64,000 nt of DNA from Eledone cirrhosa (Eukaryota): positions 397,048,001 to 397,112,000 of the forward strand of contig OZ024740.1 of the NCBI GenBank assembly GCA_964016885.1. The letters are read 5' to 3'. Both the position numbers and the translations under genes were made by a program. The notes below the pieces were generated by a model, which searched no databases, was not told the DNA's origin, and was given only the letters and a program-made list of their open reading frames with translations. How positions within the stretch are numbered: the stretch's first letter is position 1; every line of letters starts with the position of its first letter. This document shows positions 32,614-47,559 of the stretch, piece after piece.

Positions 32614-35600
32614 TATATATATATAAGGCTGATTTTTATACACTTCTCTTCTTTTTACACTACAAATTCTTGTCAGGCTACAAGTTAAGTCACTTTTTAC
32701 TTTGGTCGAGAATTATGAAATAAAAATTTTGAAGCTAGATTGGTTGTTATGAACTATCAGAACAAATGCTAAAGGTTAGTTATTAAAAGTTGTTTAGGTA
32801 GAGTTTTACAAAATAAACTCTCATATGAAGTAAATTCAAAGACTACAGCCATAAATTAAAATGTAAACTTATGAGATTAATTAAGATGAATGCTAGATAA
32901 TTGGTGGGTATTAATATGAGAGAATAATAGAATTTGGGATCTTTATTATGAACTCTATTGTTAGAGTTAGAAACAAGCAAATGATTGCTTTAGGAATTTT
33001 AAAATCTTCTAAGCAGTTTATATCAAGCAACTAATTAATTTGAGCCTTTTTATGAATATTCAATCATAAGCTCCTGTTTTAATTTTGTTTTTCAAATTCT
33101 ATTTCTTTTATATCAAGAATATCTTGGAATACCTTGGAATACCTTTTTGGTTGTCTTTTAAATGTTCACTTTCAATATTTTGTGTAACTTACTGCTTGTG
33201 TAACTTGAAACTTAAATGTTTTTCTTAATTTGTGTATTTACTGGAAACAACAAAGACAGTTGAATATTTCAACTGAGTAGAAGTGATATTTGAATAAACT
33301 AGATGGAGACATAGAAAATAATATTATAGCTAACACACATGATATGAAGATACATGCAGGCAGAGAGTTAATTAAATGTTTGAATATCTGAGATGAGTTA
33401 TTGTACACATGTCTATAACTATTCAAACTATTTAGTTCATCTCTCAAGATGAAATATTTTTTTAATTATAAACAACTGCTACGTTTTAATCAGGTGGGTC
33501 TCCAATTAAAACAATGTAAATCTAAGTGTTCAAAAATATTTCATTATTAAATATGGTGTTAAATATCTGAATAACTGTAATCATAGGGAGATAATTACTA
33601 TCTGAATTAACACCAAAAGAAAACCAAGACATATGCACTGATTTGTGACTAATCCAAGTGTGGTTGTTGATGCTAAAATAATAATCAGATGAGAAACAAA
33701 TTGGAAGACTCCCTGGAAGTTTCTAAAAAGTGTAACTGTAGAATAAGTATGGGCAACCTTCTCTTATCAGCAGGTCATAAGAGATAAATAGCACAATGCA
33801 TGTAAAAGTCACATTAGCTGCTAGAAATAGCAGTGAAATCTTTCTCCAATCACACCCTATTGTCTTAAAGGAAAGAAGATATTGGATAATGTAAAACTAC
33901 ATACCCCAAAAAAGAGATAACAGTCACAGCTGAAATGCCTTTGATTATAGATCTGCTCAATCATATTTTACTTGGGGTCTAATCAACAAGGACATAAATA
34001 CACAAGTATACGCATATAGAATGAATATTTGCAAATAAGGGCAGACGTAGATAATAAACCCAAGTCTACTCAAACTACCTAGTTAATGGTCTTGTCAGAA
34101 ATATATGAGTATATCCAAATGAAAACAACAACAGTAATTTCTCACACTGATATAAAGTCATAAGCTTGTAAAGAATTACATTATATGAATGGTACTAATT
34201 TTATCAAACATGTTTGTACTTTACTGCAAAGTTGACAAGAAGCCAAGGGTTGATATCAGTACCAATATCCTTGGTTGAGACATTTGTATTTCTTTTCTAT
34301 AAGTACTGAGGCACCAGCCTGTGGCCAGGTGTGTGCAGCATCAGCTCTGTCTGCCTCCTTATCTTATCTTTGGTTTTAAAGATCAAGCACATGCTTTTAT
34401 ATAACCTGCCCCTCCAACACATGCAAGCATGGACACATTGGATATAAATACGATGATGAAGATAAATTATCCCAATTTTATGTAGATCACAAATATCCAC
34501 CTGGTATCAATAAATAACACCTAAGCAGTTATCATAACCTTTCCTTATCTGTATACCTCTTAAAAATTTTGTTTTGTACATCATGATAATGTTGGAACTA
34601 TGTTTTAATTCTACATTCAAACCACAAATTCACTCCATCAGATTGTAATACACATTCTTCATAGTGGTATAAACATAAATTTTCTTTAGATTAAACTTTC
34701 CTCTTCAATTATAACTACAACCCCTGTTTATTGAAGAACAATATTATTTTAACCTTATCCAGTACAAAATTATTTCTTGCTTTAAATGTTATCTGTGCTG
34801 GTAATTTCTAAAAAGATCCATCAACTTTACAACAAGTGACTTTAAAAACAACATGTTAGTTTGTTCTCAATATTTTACATTATTAACTATCCTTGTGGCC
34901 CCCTCCTTTTTTTAGTATGCATAGTAATGGCCATAAGATGCTTTTGAAGGTTTACTCCATACTTGGTACTGGCACCTGGGTATTTAACATCCTAGGCTAA
35001 CTCTACAATAAGGAACCCATTCTCCCAAAATCAATTTTAACTTAGTTTGGTAAACTGATGGACATAATTTTTTACATGTCTTGCTCTGACCACATCCAGA
35101 AAATTATTAAGCTTGGGCCAAATACTCACCCCTGAAATATTCCAAAAGCAATTCCTATACATAAGGACTTATGCTCAACCATTTTTACAAATTGCTGTCA
35201 ATCTCTTTACTCTTTTGTTACCATATTTATAATGGCATACAATGTATTTTAATTAATTAATTAATAATTTGGAGGGATCTACTACAGTTATTATTTCATT
35301 ACAAAGATAGAATTTGTAACATAAATTAACAAATGGTGCTTGTATGAAATTATTTTGGAAAATTTAAATTTAAATAGGAACCCTTTAAATGGAAGTTTTT
35401 ATTTCATAGAACAAGAGCCAGTTTTGGCCAGGTTATCATCAAAAGAGTTAAATAACTTCTGTATTATTTAAGCTTTCTTTTTGTCAGGTGATATATTGTA
35501 ATCAATGGTATTAAAAGGTTTTAGATCTATAGATACTCCCACTGCATACATGTTTTGTTTATACAGTTAGGAACTTCTTCAATTAATTCAATTAACACCA

Positions 35601-36263
35601 AGGAGATTGATCAGTTCTTTCGAAATCTAATATTGATGATCAATCAGTAATGTTTGTTAATGAATGTATCAGTTCTTTCAGTAAACATTTTCTCCAATGT
35701 CTTGAAGAATAGACTAAATAAAGGAACAGGTCTGTCATTTGTAAAATTGTGTCTATTTCCAGTTGTATATAATGGTATAACATTTGTAATGTTCAATTTG
35801 CTTGGCAATGTACCAATCTGAAATGATAAGTCACAGATGTGAGTTTTACAATTCCTTCAATGACTTTCTTGACTTCTGTCGTATTAATTTTATTCCTGTC
35901 AGTAGAACTTTTGTTCTAACATTTACTATCTATTTCCATTGGTGGATTGGCAGTACAGATGGAATGTCAGACACAATGCTTTGCAGCATAGAGTTATGGC
36001 CCATTATGTTCTGAGTTCAAATCCCACCATACTAAATTGAACCTACATTTATATCCTCATAATCATCATCATTTCTCTGGTAGTTTTTGGACCATTCATT
36101 TTTCTGCTAATTTTAGTCCCACTCTTACATAGAATTTACTAAAACAATCCACTAACTCATCCATATGATTTACTGTTATCATCATCAATAAAATACTGTT
36201 GGTAACTTGAGATTTCTGATCAATTTCCAATAATATTGTTTAACATACTCTATATACCTTTAA

Positions 36264-36491
36264 CCTCTTCAGTGCAGTAGATGAGATAACTCGTCCTCTC
36301 ATATTTGAACTTCTTTCCAACAGTTCATAACTTCAAAGCTAGATGGGGTTACTAGTTTATTGATGTGACATTTGTCAATCATTCAGATATGTGTTGTCAA
36401 TAAATGTTTGTTTAAAAAAATAGTCATTTTACTGAAAAAAAACCTGGCACAGCAACTGTAGCTATGTAAAATATACATGGCAGTCAACAGG
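36264..36491. mobile_element. Second piggyBac-type MITE family (degenerate)
   Basis: TTAA-CCTCTTCAGTGC ... GCAGTCAACAGG-TTAA imperfect terminal inverted repeats. Confidence 0.5.
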
Positions 36492-38052
36492 TTAATGTTG
36501 TTTTTATTATTCTCTAATATAGCATTCATTCTAATTTAGCATTCATTCTTACATATCTTTATGATTTTAACCAAATTATTTTTATATTATTTATATTTAT
36601 ATTCTGCCTTCATAGCTCTATACTTTATAAATTCTTTTTATAGGGTACTTTTTTGTAGGCATTTTCAAAACCCCTTTGTGATATACTGTATTGATTTATT
36701 AGACAATGTTTGCCTTACAATGATTTAAATGTTTAGGAATATTTCATATACTTTGTTGTTGTCATATTCTTTGTATAGTATTTCCCATTTTTTGCATTTC
36801 AAAAATCCTCAAATCATTCAGTAATCTATGAATGCATCTATTTTTGAAAGTTGTCATGGATTCCTTTTTCCTTATTCATTTACATGGTAACCTTAACTTT
36901 TTTTACAATTACAATCACATTCCACAAAAACTAGCTGGTGGTCATTGATATTATTCAATACTTGCTCACTGCATTGTTTTCATGTTGTTTGTGATTGGAA
37001 GCTGAAAGATGCATTCACATTCGGGGCTCTGACCCAATAAATAACTCTTAAGTTTTTACCTGCTGCACCCACACCTTTTAAATTTGTTTCCTTCTCATCT
37101 ATATCACTTTCACTCACCATCTCTAATATTCACTATACCACACTGCCCACATAAGTAGGAATGACATGGGATCTGTCAAAGCCTCTTCTCCTACTAATGC
37201 TCACCCACCCACTATATATATATATCCACTTATATATGTGGAACTGAATCTGATATGTTTAAATCCCTCTTCCTGTGCTACCAGCTATGACTTCTTCTCC
37301 ACAAGGCTACTCCTTAGCCAAATTCACCACCCACCACTTTCTCTCTCAGTCACAAATATGTAGTTACCATTGCTTCCACCAATGTATTCCCACCCCAACA
37401 GTGCTTCCCTTTCCCATAATATATGCTTGCACTACACCTACTCAGCCTGGTCACTTTTGCATTTGTCCTCTTCACTATTCACTCCCACCAGGTCACACTG
37501 CCTTGCATCAATGAAGACAGCATTGTGGAGTGAATACTCTATTTGTTTTGCAAGATTCAAGGCAAACTCACCAGTATTGATCCCATAATAAAGTTTACCC
37601 AGTACACTCTGTAAAGTAGTTGGCATTTAAACAGACAGTGTAGTGTTGAAAAGAACCCTTTAAACCTGCTGAGGAGATATCAATTTCTCTAGTGTTGATA
37701 GTATAATAAAATGCACCAGTAAAGTGGTAGTGTTGGCGTCATGATAAAATGCACCCAATACACTCTAAAAAATGGTTGGCACTAAGAAGCTAAGAGTATC
37801 AAGCTATAGAAACAAATGATTATAGTATGTGCAAGATGGGGTTCTCCTCCCCTTCTAGTCGTTGACTATGATGACTCATTCAACTCATGCTAGCATGGAA
37901 AATAGATTACAACACGTATGGTAATTCTGATATAGCACAGTGTGATATAAATTCTGTTACAGCTTGTGATATTTAAACATGCTATATATCACATTGCTGA
38001 AGGATTGTAGTGCTTATTCACTGCTATTGCAATTGAGGCTAGCATATCCTCC

Positions 38053-39205
38053 TGTTTATACAAACATGGGAGCAGGGCCTAGAAAGAAGGGGTCTCAAAG
38101 TCAACCTGACAAAGACTAAGGTCCTCGTAAGTAGAAGAGAGCACAGAACCCAGATCCCCTCAGGGATATGGCCTTGCTCAGTATGTAGGAAAAGTGTAGG
38201 TAGAAATTCCATCGTCTGCTCCAAATGCAAACTATGGGTGCACAAGAGATGTAGTGGGATCTCAGGAAGTTTAGCTAAGAATATAGGCTTTACATGTAAC
38301 AGTTGCACCAGAACAGTAAGCAGCAAATGATGTCAGGAAACAAGCACTACCAAATTCTGGGAGGGCTTGGTAGAAACAGTAGACAGCTTCTGCTACCTAG
38401 ATAACCAAATTAGCAGCAGAGGTGGGTATTCGGAATGTACAGTAACCAGGGTAAGAATGGGATGGAGGAAGTTCAGGGAGCTACTATCACTGCTAGCTGT
38501 AAAAGGCTTTTCAAAATGAAAGGCAGACTGTATGATGTGTGCATACGAACAGTAATATTGCATGGTAGTGAGACCTGGGCATTGTGTGCAGAAGACTTGC
38601 ATAGATTAGAAAGGAATGAAGTTTGCATGCCCTGATGGATGTGTAATAGTAATATACGTGAACAGCGAAGCATAAATGAATTGAGAGAGAGATTGGTCAT
38701 AAGAGGAATCAAATGTGTGCAGGAGAGGAGATTACGTTGGTATGGACATGTGATGCGTATGAAGGATGACAGCTGTATAAAAAGGTGCAGAGAGCTAAAA
38801 GTCGATGGAAGTCTTGGAGTGGGGAGACCCAAGAAGACCTGGGATGAGGTGATAAAAGCTGATCTTGCCCAATTGCACCTCTCAAAGGTGATGACACAGG
38901 ACTGAGACTTCTGGTGTTATGCAGTAATACAGAATCCCGACTTCCCACAGGTACAAGCCAAAGCTGAATCCTATAGACAATATGCCAGTGTAAAGTGGTC
39001 GTGTAGACACCACAGTAAAAAACACCCAGTACTCACTATAAATGAGGTTGGTGTTAAGAAGGGCATCCATCTGTAGAAACCAAGCCAAAATCAGTTCTCT
39101 ATGAATAAGACATGGTCACCTGACCTAGCATTGTCTACAACAGGACAACTCGTCTAACCCATGCTATAGCATGGAAGAATGGACGTAAAATGGTGATGAT
39201 TATGG
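38053..39205 (+). mobile_element. Degenerate 5'-truncated PHD-RTE LINE (third subfamily)
   Basis: GLKVNLTKTKVL, CSVCRKSVGRNSIVCSKCKLWVHKRCSG..FTCNSC, MKGRLYDVCIR, RRLRWYGHV, shared 3'UTR and tail. Confidence 0.92.
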
Positions 39206-39499
39206 TTATACTGAACGACTAATAAATAAGGAAAAATAGAGGGTATTTACAAAAATATGTGTACACAATAAAATGTCTACCCCCCTCCAAATAATGGAAT
39301 GTTATATTTAAATATTTCAAAGCCCTTTGTTGGTAAAAAGAAGCCTCAAATGATGTTTTTTTCATTATTAAGTAAATGTAAAACACAATTTTTTCATGAA
39401 CTCTGTTGCAAGCATCCATTCAGACACACAACAACAATAATACTTCTTTTATTGGCCAAAAGGGCCTTTAAATTCGAAGAGATTATAAGACGTGTACAG

Positions 39500-41866
39500 A
39501 TCATCATCATCATCATCATCAACGTTTAACGTCCGTGTTCCACGCTTGCATGGGTTTGGACCGGGGTATTCCCACTTGAGGCAAGAGTGATTGTCTTGCT
39601 CGCATAGGACTGTCTGGCAGGTTTTCTACAGTTGGATGCCCTTCCTAACACCAACCACATTTACAGTGTGGGTCTGGGAGGTTTTTACCGTGTTGCCTAC
39701 ACGGCCACATTACAGCGTGGACTGTGTGTTTTTTTGTCGTGACACCTACACGATCTCATTTGTTTCGGCCTGGATGGCGCGGCACCAACATAACTTTACA
39801 TAGAACGGGGTGGTGTGGATGGGGTGGGGGTGGTGGGACGGGGTGTATTTTGTTAGAGATGCCTACTGGCTGTAGTAGGTTTTACTATGTATTTAGGTAA
39901 GGCGGGTCTTCTCTGTTACTGAGTACCGCCAAAGGTCTCGGTCCAGTGACATTGTCTTGGAGAGGTGTAAGTGTGTGAGGTCGGAGTTTATCAGCTCGTC
40001 CCAGGTTTTTCTAGGTCTGCCTATTCCGTGGCTACCGTCTATCTTTATTGCCCTGCACTTTGTTATACAGCTATCGACTTTCATGCGCATCACGTGTCCA
40101 TACCAACGTAGCCTTCTCTCGAGTAAACAACATCTGATCCCTCTTATTTCTAATTTTTTCCTTAGTTCGTTTATGCTTTGCCGTTCACGTATATTACTGT
40201 TACACATCCAGCAGAGCATGCAAGCTTCGTTCCTCTCTAGTCTGCGTATATCCTCTGCACACAATGCCCAGGTCTCACTGCCATGCGACATTGCTGTTCA
40301 TATGCAGGCATCATACAACCTGCCTTTCATTTTTAGGGAGAACCCTTTAGCAGCTAATAGTGGTATAAGCTCTCTGAACTTTTTCCAACCAGTTCTGAGT
40401 CTAGCTACTGTACTTTCAGAGCACCCTCTCCCACTGCTGATTTTGTCGCCCAGGTAACGGAAGCTGTCCACTATTTCTATAGAACCCTCTGTGCAATTGA
40501 AAGAGCTAGTATTTTGTGGGCACTTGCTGCTACTTATTGCACCAGAGCACCGGCCACATGTAAAATCTATGTTCTTAGTTAGCTTACCTGTGATCCCACT
40601 ACACCTTTTATGCACCCATACCTTGCATTTGGGACATAAAACGGAGTTTCTACCTACGCCTTTCCTACACACTGAGCATGGCCATTTCCCAGAAGGGACC
40701 GTCGCCTTATTTTCTTTCCTACAAACTAGAACTTTAGTCTTAGCCAGGTTAATTTTTAGTCCTTTTGATTCTAGGCCGTGCTTCCATGTTTGGAATTTCT
40801 TCTCTAGCTCGGCCATTGATTCAGCTATGAGTGTCAGGTCGTCTGCGTATAGGAGTTCCCATGGGCAGCCGGTCTTGAACTCCTCTGTTATAGCCTGAAG
40901 GGCAATAATAAATAGTAGGGGGCTGAGAACAGAGCCCTGATGGATGCCAACTTTTACGCTAAACTCTTCACTATATTCGTTGTTAATTCTAACCTTGCTG
41001 ACTGTTTCTTTATACATGGCTTGTATAGCTCTCACAAGCCATTCGTCAACACCTAGTTTTCTAAGAGCCCACCAGATAATGGAACGGGGGACTCTGTCGA
41101 AGGCTTTCTCCAAGTCGACAAAAGCTAAGTAGAGGGGTTTACCTTTAGCTAGGTACTTCTCCTGTAGTTGTCGTACAATGAAAAGAGCGTCTGTGGTACT
41201 TTTGCCTGACACAAACCCGAACTACATTTCATCTAGGTCTATTCTCTCTCTGATTAGTTGCGCTATTACTTTTTCCGTGACCTTCATGACCTGGTCGATT
41301 AATTTAATGCCTCTATAGTTACTCCTATCTAGGGCATCTCCTTTACCCTTATAACAGTTAACGATGATGCTGCTATGCCAGTCCTTCGGAACAACCCCAT
41401 TCTGTACGACTTGGTTAACTATGCGGGTGACCATGGTGTGTCCCACCGTGCCAGATGCCTTCAGCATCTCGGCAACTATTTCCGAAGGCCCAGCCGCCTT
41501 ACCCGTCTTCATATCCTTGATTGCCTTACTTATTTTACTCCCCTCGACTAACACTGCTGGTCCCTCTATTGGGTCGATGTGGGGTAGACTGTCTTTCTCC
41601 CATTTATTCTCCTCATTTAGTAGCCTTTCATAGTGACACTTCCAGGCTACCTTCTTATCAGCATCGGTGATGGCAAGTACGCCATCATCATTAAGTACAC
41701 ACTTCTCCCCGACAATATCACGGTTTTCCTTGACGCATTGCCTAGCAATCCTGAACACCTCACGTTTTTGGTCCTCGCGTTGTAGAACATGCTTGAACTT
41801 TCTTTCCTCTGCTTCCCTTCTTGCGAAGTACACTTGTCTCCTAGCTTCCCTCCTGGCCACTTGATA
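39500..41866 (-). mobile_element. 5'-truncated PHD-RTE LINE, same subfamily as the 22446 copy
   Basis: ORFs 41222..41860, 40298..41212 and 39893..40291 are near-identical in translation to the 912-aa ORF but broken by two in-frame stops. Same 3'UTR and (GAT)n tail. Confidence 0.97.
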
Positions 41867-42329
41867 CTTTTAATTAAATAAATAAATAAATAAATAAATA
41901 ATAAATAAAGAAACCATTATATAATACTTTTAATTAAAAGCTTTAAAGGACTATGTCTGCATTAGATAGTTGCAAAATACAATTGCAAAATGTCAGAGAC
42001 AGTCCTTGTAATGGTTCATATCTTACATTGTATGGTTATGCATCATTTACTAAACTTCTCAAATCCAATTCAAGCATATTTGAAAAAAAGGGCGAAAAAG
42101 GAGGAGTGGGGAGCTTAGATTTTTAATTCACATTCCACATCTGTCAAATGCTGAATTTGACAAATGAACTTGAACAATGAATAAAAACAAACAAGCAATT
42201 CTGCACAACACACAACAATCTTCAGACATTAAGGAGTCACACTACACCCAATTACAGTAACATTTGGGTAATTGCTGGCCTTGTGCCTAAAGTAGAAACA
42301 ATTATACATTATTTATTATTGTAAAGTAC

Positions 42330-43885
42330 AGCTCACAAAACTCCATCATAAAAGGAAACCAAGCTTCACATTCCACTAATTGATTTGAAAAATTTAGACA
42401 GGAAAGCTAGAAAACTACTAGCAGTGTTCCAAAGCTACTATATAAAGTATATACTAAACCAACAGAAGGAAGATGAAGCTTTATACAAATATAGAACCAT
42501 TACAAAGAAATGACACTGAGTCTAGAAATTACTTGGAAAGAAACGAAGAGAAACTGATAAGTAAATTAAGGGAACATGAAGAAAAAGAGCTTTTTTGCTA
42601 TATATGGAAACAATAAAATAGAAACTAAAATCTACTTTCATTGAAGAAAAAGGTTTAGGTAAGAACAAAACAGAGAAGGTGAAACAAAAGAGAAAAAAAT
42701 CAAAATGGAATACCAAAATAACTAAAAAAAACAATGAGGAGATAAACCACTGTATGACCTATATCTTGCAAGATTAAACAGAAAGGAAGTAGGGCAGCAC
42801 AAAGGCAAAAGATTTGGACTAAATCAGAAATGGTAGGTCTAAATCTATCTGCATACAATCAATACCTAGTATAAAAATCTACAGAAATAATATAATGAAA
42901 CAAAAGATTAACAACATCAACAGTGGCAACCTGGTGCAGTCTGCGAGTAACCCAGGCTCTGCTGCACTTTGGGCCGAGGAGGGTAAACTCTCCAATTATC
43001 AGTCGCTCTCCAACAGGTTTGTGGTCAAGCCCGAGTGAGTGGAGACTTCTGGTGTCCTTGGCCCTGGAGCCACCTCCCTGCTCACCACCATCGACACAGA
43101 ATTGACTACATGCATGTGTGAGCCTTGTGGGCTGGAATGGCTCTTCCAGCACATCTTCCTCACCATCCTCCAGGAAAACGCCTTCTCTGGTTTATCTACC
43201 AGGGCCACAGGGCAGCCAGTACGTGGGCAACCATTTTCTCACAATAGTGAGAGATGGAGCCAGTGACTGGGAGTTTGGTTCTTTTGTGTTCAGACCTGGT
43301 GTATATCTGTGTTTACAAGAAAGAATAAGTCTTACCATAGTTAGTTAAACACAGCTTAGACAGTCAGCCCAAAGAAACAATTGATCAGATAATTTTTATG
43401 TACATAGACCTTGCAAAGACAAAATATATTTACAGATATTACTCAGTAACTAAGTCAATTGAGTAACATGTTACTTTAACATGAAAATTGGGATGAAGTT
43501 GCATAAGCATGTATCAAATCTAGTATATAACCATCTTGTTATGATAATATAAGATATGCCTCTCCAAACAGAGAAGAAGATCAAAATGAAACATCCAGGT
43601 ATAATAACCAGGCAGTTTTGAGAATCTGCATACTCTTCTCACAAAACAAAATAAAGATAAAACATAATATGAAAAGAATTTGAAAGACTAGAAAACTACA
43701 AGGGTCTTGAAATGGGAAATAAGCATGCTCTGGCATATGAAAATATAAATTACAAATAATAATTAAGGCACTAGGTATGACAAGAACAATATGAACAAAA
43801 ACATGAACAAACATACCATGGTTTAGAGCTTTATACAAAGTTCAAAACAGCCATATTAAGTCAGGCAACATTCTATGCAACATAC
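42330..43885 (+). mobile_element. Highly decayed R4/Dong-like non-LTR retrotransposon C-terminal region
   Basis: Translated remnants DLKNLDRKARKLL, D.PLQTEKKIK..HPGII, II.ALGM and AIL...IL resemble the R4/Dong C-terminal region. Many stops. Confidence 0.45.
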
Positions 43886-44137
43886 TTTCAATAACCTAAA
43901 TCACACAGTACACCTTTTGCACAATTCACACAACGTATTCTATACAATTGATAGCTGACACTAACATACAAATCACAGAACACACAAGCAACACAGTCAC
44001 CATCCAATACATGAACCAATGAGGGAACATCTACATGGTCGTTGAGGTTCTAGAAACAGGAGTCAAATTTCAAATACAACAATAACCATTTTTCTAACAT
44101 TTTAATAATTCTGAAAACCAACATCAACAAAAACAAC

Positions 44138-44322
44138 AATAATTGTTTCTACTTTAGGCACAAGGCCAGCAATTATCCAGTGCATTACTGGTACTTTATT
44201 TTATCGACCCCGTAAGGATGAAAGGCAAAGTCAACCTCGGCGGGATTTGAACTCAGATCGTAAAGGGACGTAACTATGCTGGAAAGCATGGCGTCCGACC
44301 CTCTACTGATACTGCCAATCCA
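44138..44322 (-). mobile_element. tRNA-derived SINE (young family)
   Basis: Near-exact reverse complement of 52974-53155. Confidence 0.9.
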
Positions 44323-44489
44323 CACATCATAATTTGGGCATAAGGCCAACACTTTTCGAGAAAACCCTTACTCTGCTTTTCTTTAAACAAGAGGGAAAAA
44401 GAACAAATTTCCATGCCCCCAAATTGCCTTGCCTTTATTCTGTTGGGCCATACTCCCTTTAAGGTTCTTACAATTTGGGCCTGTGGTGT

Positions 44490-45216
44490 TGCTTCTGAGT
44501 GTTAGATTTTTACTGACACTGTAATACAACACTGAGATGCTTGTTCTCACAAGGAATCCTGTGTGGTGCACTCTACATGTAAATAGAGTTCCATTGAAGC
44601 AGGTAGAGAAGTTTAAGTATCTTGGGGACATGTTCAAGAGTGGTGGAAGGCAGGAGAATGAATTAAGTGCAAGAATTGCAGGAGCTGATGCAGTAATGCA
44701 CCAGCTTTAGCATTCAGTAATCAGAAGGGAGGTAGGTGTAAAAGCCAAACTCGCTATCTCCAATTTGGTATTCATGCTAACCTTAACCTATAGTCATGAA
44801 TCTTGGGTAATGACCAACAAAATACAATTACGAATACAAGCAGCTTAAATGGAGTTCCTCCAAAGGGCCTTTGGAGTAACATTACTTGATAAAGGTCATA
44901 GCTCAGAGATCAGTAAGTCACTCCAGGTAGAGCTGCTACTTCTCTGAATTGAGAAATCACTGCTCTGATACTATGGTGATGTGGTTAGAATGTCTCAGGA
45001 AAGAATTGCTGGACAGATTTTATGGGCAAAACCGACCAGCAGGATACCCAGGGATAGACCCCCGAGTAAGATGGTTGGATAACATTCATGAGCTTGGCTG
45101 GTCTCACTTGAGGATCCAGCCGGATCAGTTGGAGATGGTTGTTTCTGACAGGACCCACTGGAAGGAGTGTTTGAAGACTGCATCAGGAATAAGTGAGCAA
45201 AAAGATGATGATGATG
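44490..45216 (+). mobile_element. Degenerate canonical RTE LINE 3' part (no PHD insert)
   Basis: TEMLVLTRNPVWCTLHVNRVPLKQVEKFKYLG, LTYSHESWVMT, YYGDVVRM, and a terminal (GAT)n at 45203-45216. Confidence 0.85.
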
Positions 45217-45349
45217 CTTTTGGGGTCTGAACTTTCGTTTCTGTTGCTAATTTTGTTGTTAGTGGTTGCAGTGTTAGTCTTTTGTTGTTTTTCTTTGTCG
45301 TAGTGGTGGTGACACTGGTTGTCAGTGGTGAAAAATTGCTGTGTGTGCG

Positions 45350-45351
<2 letters not shown>

Positions 45352-45396
<45 letters not shown>
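45352..45396. repeat. (GA)n microsatellite
   Basis: Direct reading. Confidence 0.95.
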
Positions 45397-45399
<3 letters not shown>

Positions 45400-45656
45400 T
45401 TGATGTTTATTCTCCTCTCCTTTCTCAATGCTGTTCACTTTTTGAGATGACAAAACAATGGAAAATATCTGGTAAAAAAACAGATTCTTAAATAAGTTGC
45501 TCCTGGGGGACAAAAGTTCAATTGTTCCCTTTGTAAATATAAAGTTTATGGCTTTCTTCATAATATTTGATAATTATTTCACAATTTCATCAGAAAACAG
45601 GCAACAAGTGACAAAGTTCAGGAGCTAATGTGACAACTAATTAGATGTAAAAATTG

Positions 45657-45978
45657 GAAGAAAATGAAAAAAAAAACAAAGAAAAATAAAGGAGAAAAAG
45701 GAGAAAAATAAAAATAAATAGAGATAAAGAAAAGAAGAAAAAAGAAAAACCAAAAGAAGATAAAAAGAAAAAGAAGAAAAACAAAGAAAAAGAAAAGAAA
45801 AAGAAAAAAAAGAAAAAGAAAAAAGAAAAAGAAAAAGAAACAGGAGTAAAAAAGACGAAGAAGAAACAGAAGAAGACAAAACAGACGAAAAGAAAAAAAG
45901 AAAGAAAAAGAAAAAGAAAAAGAAAAAGAAAAAGAAAAAGAAAAAGAAAAAGAAAAAAAGAAAGAAAAAGAAGAAAAA
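45657..45978. repeat. Polypurine low-complexity tract with (GAAAAA)n
   Basis: About 320 bp almost entirely A/G. Confidence 0.9.
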
Positions 45979-47559
45979 TGGCTCTTTATTGGACACAAAT
46001 TTCTTGAGAATGATAAATTAAGAAATAGAATTTTAAAAATATATATATGAACAATAGATCAGCAATGAATTGATTTTTCTACTCTTCTTTCAATAAATTG
46101 CTAAGATATTGATAATTCTTCAATTGTAAAATAAAATATAATCTAACATATAAATATTCCAAGAATCTAAAAAAAAAAAAAAAAAAAAATCACATTAATA
46201 TAGCAATTTAAAATGAATATTAATTTAATTGGAAGATATAATCCAATGTCAATCTAAACTACCATGCTATATCAACTTTGCAACTTACAGACTGCTATTG
46301 TTGGAGTTCAAAAGTATTGATTTTAATATAAGTTACAGATTTATCAGAAAAAAAAAATTAAATATTTTTGACATTCATGCTTTTCTTTTGCTAGGAATCA
46401 AAATATGAATGTTGACTCACCCCCAGGTATCAACCTGTTATTTAAAGCCACTTGTCAAATATTAAAATTTCTGAAAATATTTTCTTGCTTAAGTAAAAGA
46501 TAATGAATTTGATATAAAACAATGTGACATATGCATTTAAGGAAAGAGCATTACCAGTGTAAGTGGTGGACTGAAATGTTTTATATTGGTTGTTGTCAGC
46601 ATCAACATGGTTTCAATATTCACTTTTGCAATACAGCTATTTCCACTTGTCTCAAGACTGTATCATTTTATCTGTGAGGCCAAGGCCCAATATCTTGAGA
46701 GCTGACCTCAACAGTTCTTTCCACATCTTTCTACACTGTTTACAGTGTTTTTAAATCAACAATCAACATCAATTTAAATCTAATATTCACACCAACATGT
46801 CTGTCTCTTCTATACACAACAATTGCTACTTTTAATGCAAAACTGCTTTCTCAGTTTATTTGTACTCTGTATTTTTAAGTAATTATGAGCTGCTTTATCA
46901 TGCAGGCTACACTGTACAGCAGATGCTCATCTAAATTACTTCCAGCTTCCAGCCATGTGTTATCACATGCTTTTCATATTCCTTCCTTTGTGAATAAATA
47001 TTGATATTCAGAGAAATATTTGAAGGTGGTCATAAAAAATATATATATATACATACATATACATGGTGGCTGCCAACTCGTTTTCGAGTACGGCCACTAC
47101 TTTATATCCATGTAGGAGAAACCCTACCGATGCGCTGAACGAGTGTGACTTTTTAGTCCAGCCAGCGACTTGAAAACTCTGGTACAAACACTACACTTGT
47201 GACAATTATTGACACATAGTGCTGGGCCCATGGTACCATGTGATGACAAGTGCAGAGAGATCTCCAGATATAAAGCAATGCCTGTGCCGTGAAGCTTTTA
47301 TAGTGAGCAAAGGCACTGCACAAAGCCAGTCCCATTCTCTTAACCAAGATGATATTTCCCAAAAAGAAGAACAAGTCAACATCATTGGATACCATCAGAG
47401 TTGCAGGTGTTATATCAGAGTTTTCCTTCTCCTAGAATTCTGCCTTGACAAAGGCTAAGGGATCATCTCTCCCAGTGATTTTGGATGGCCATTGACTCTT
47501 AAGAGCTCCTTTGCCCTTTGACAGGTTTTGTTTTTAGTCCTGCAGGATGTCCAAAGTCA

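Noticed and set aside
45618-45998. Poly-Phe/Ser ORFs
   Set aside because: Antisense reading of the polypurine tract.
46421-46470. Minus-strand exon-like segment with AG acceptor and GTGAGT donor
   Set aside because: All three frames contain stops and nothing else supports it.
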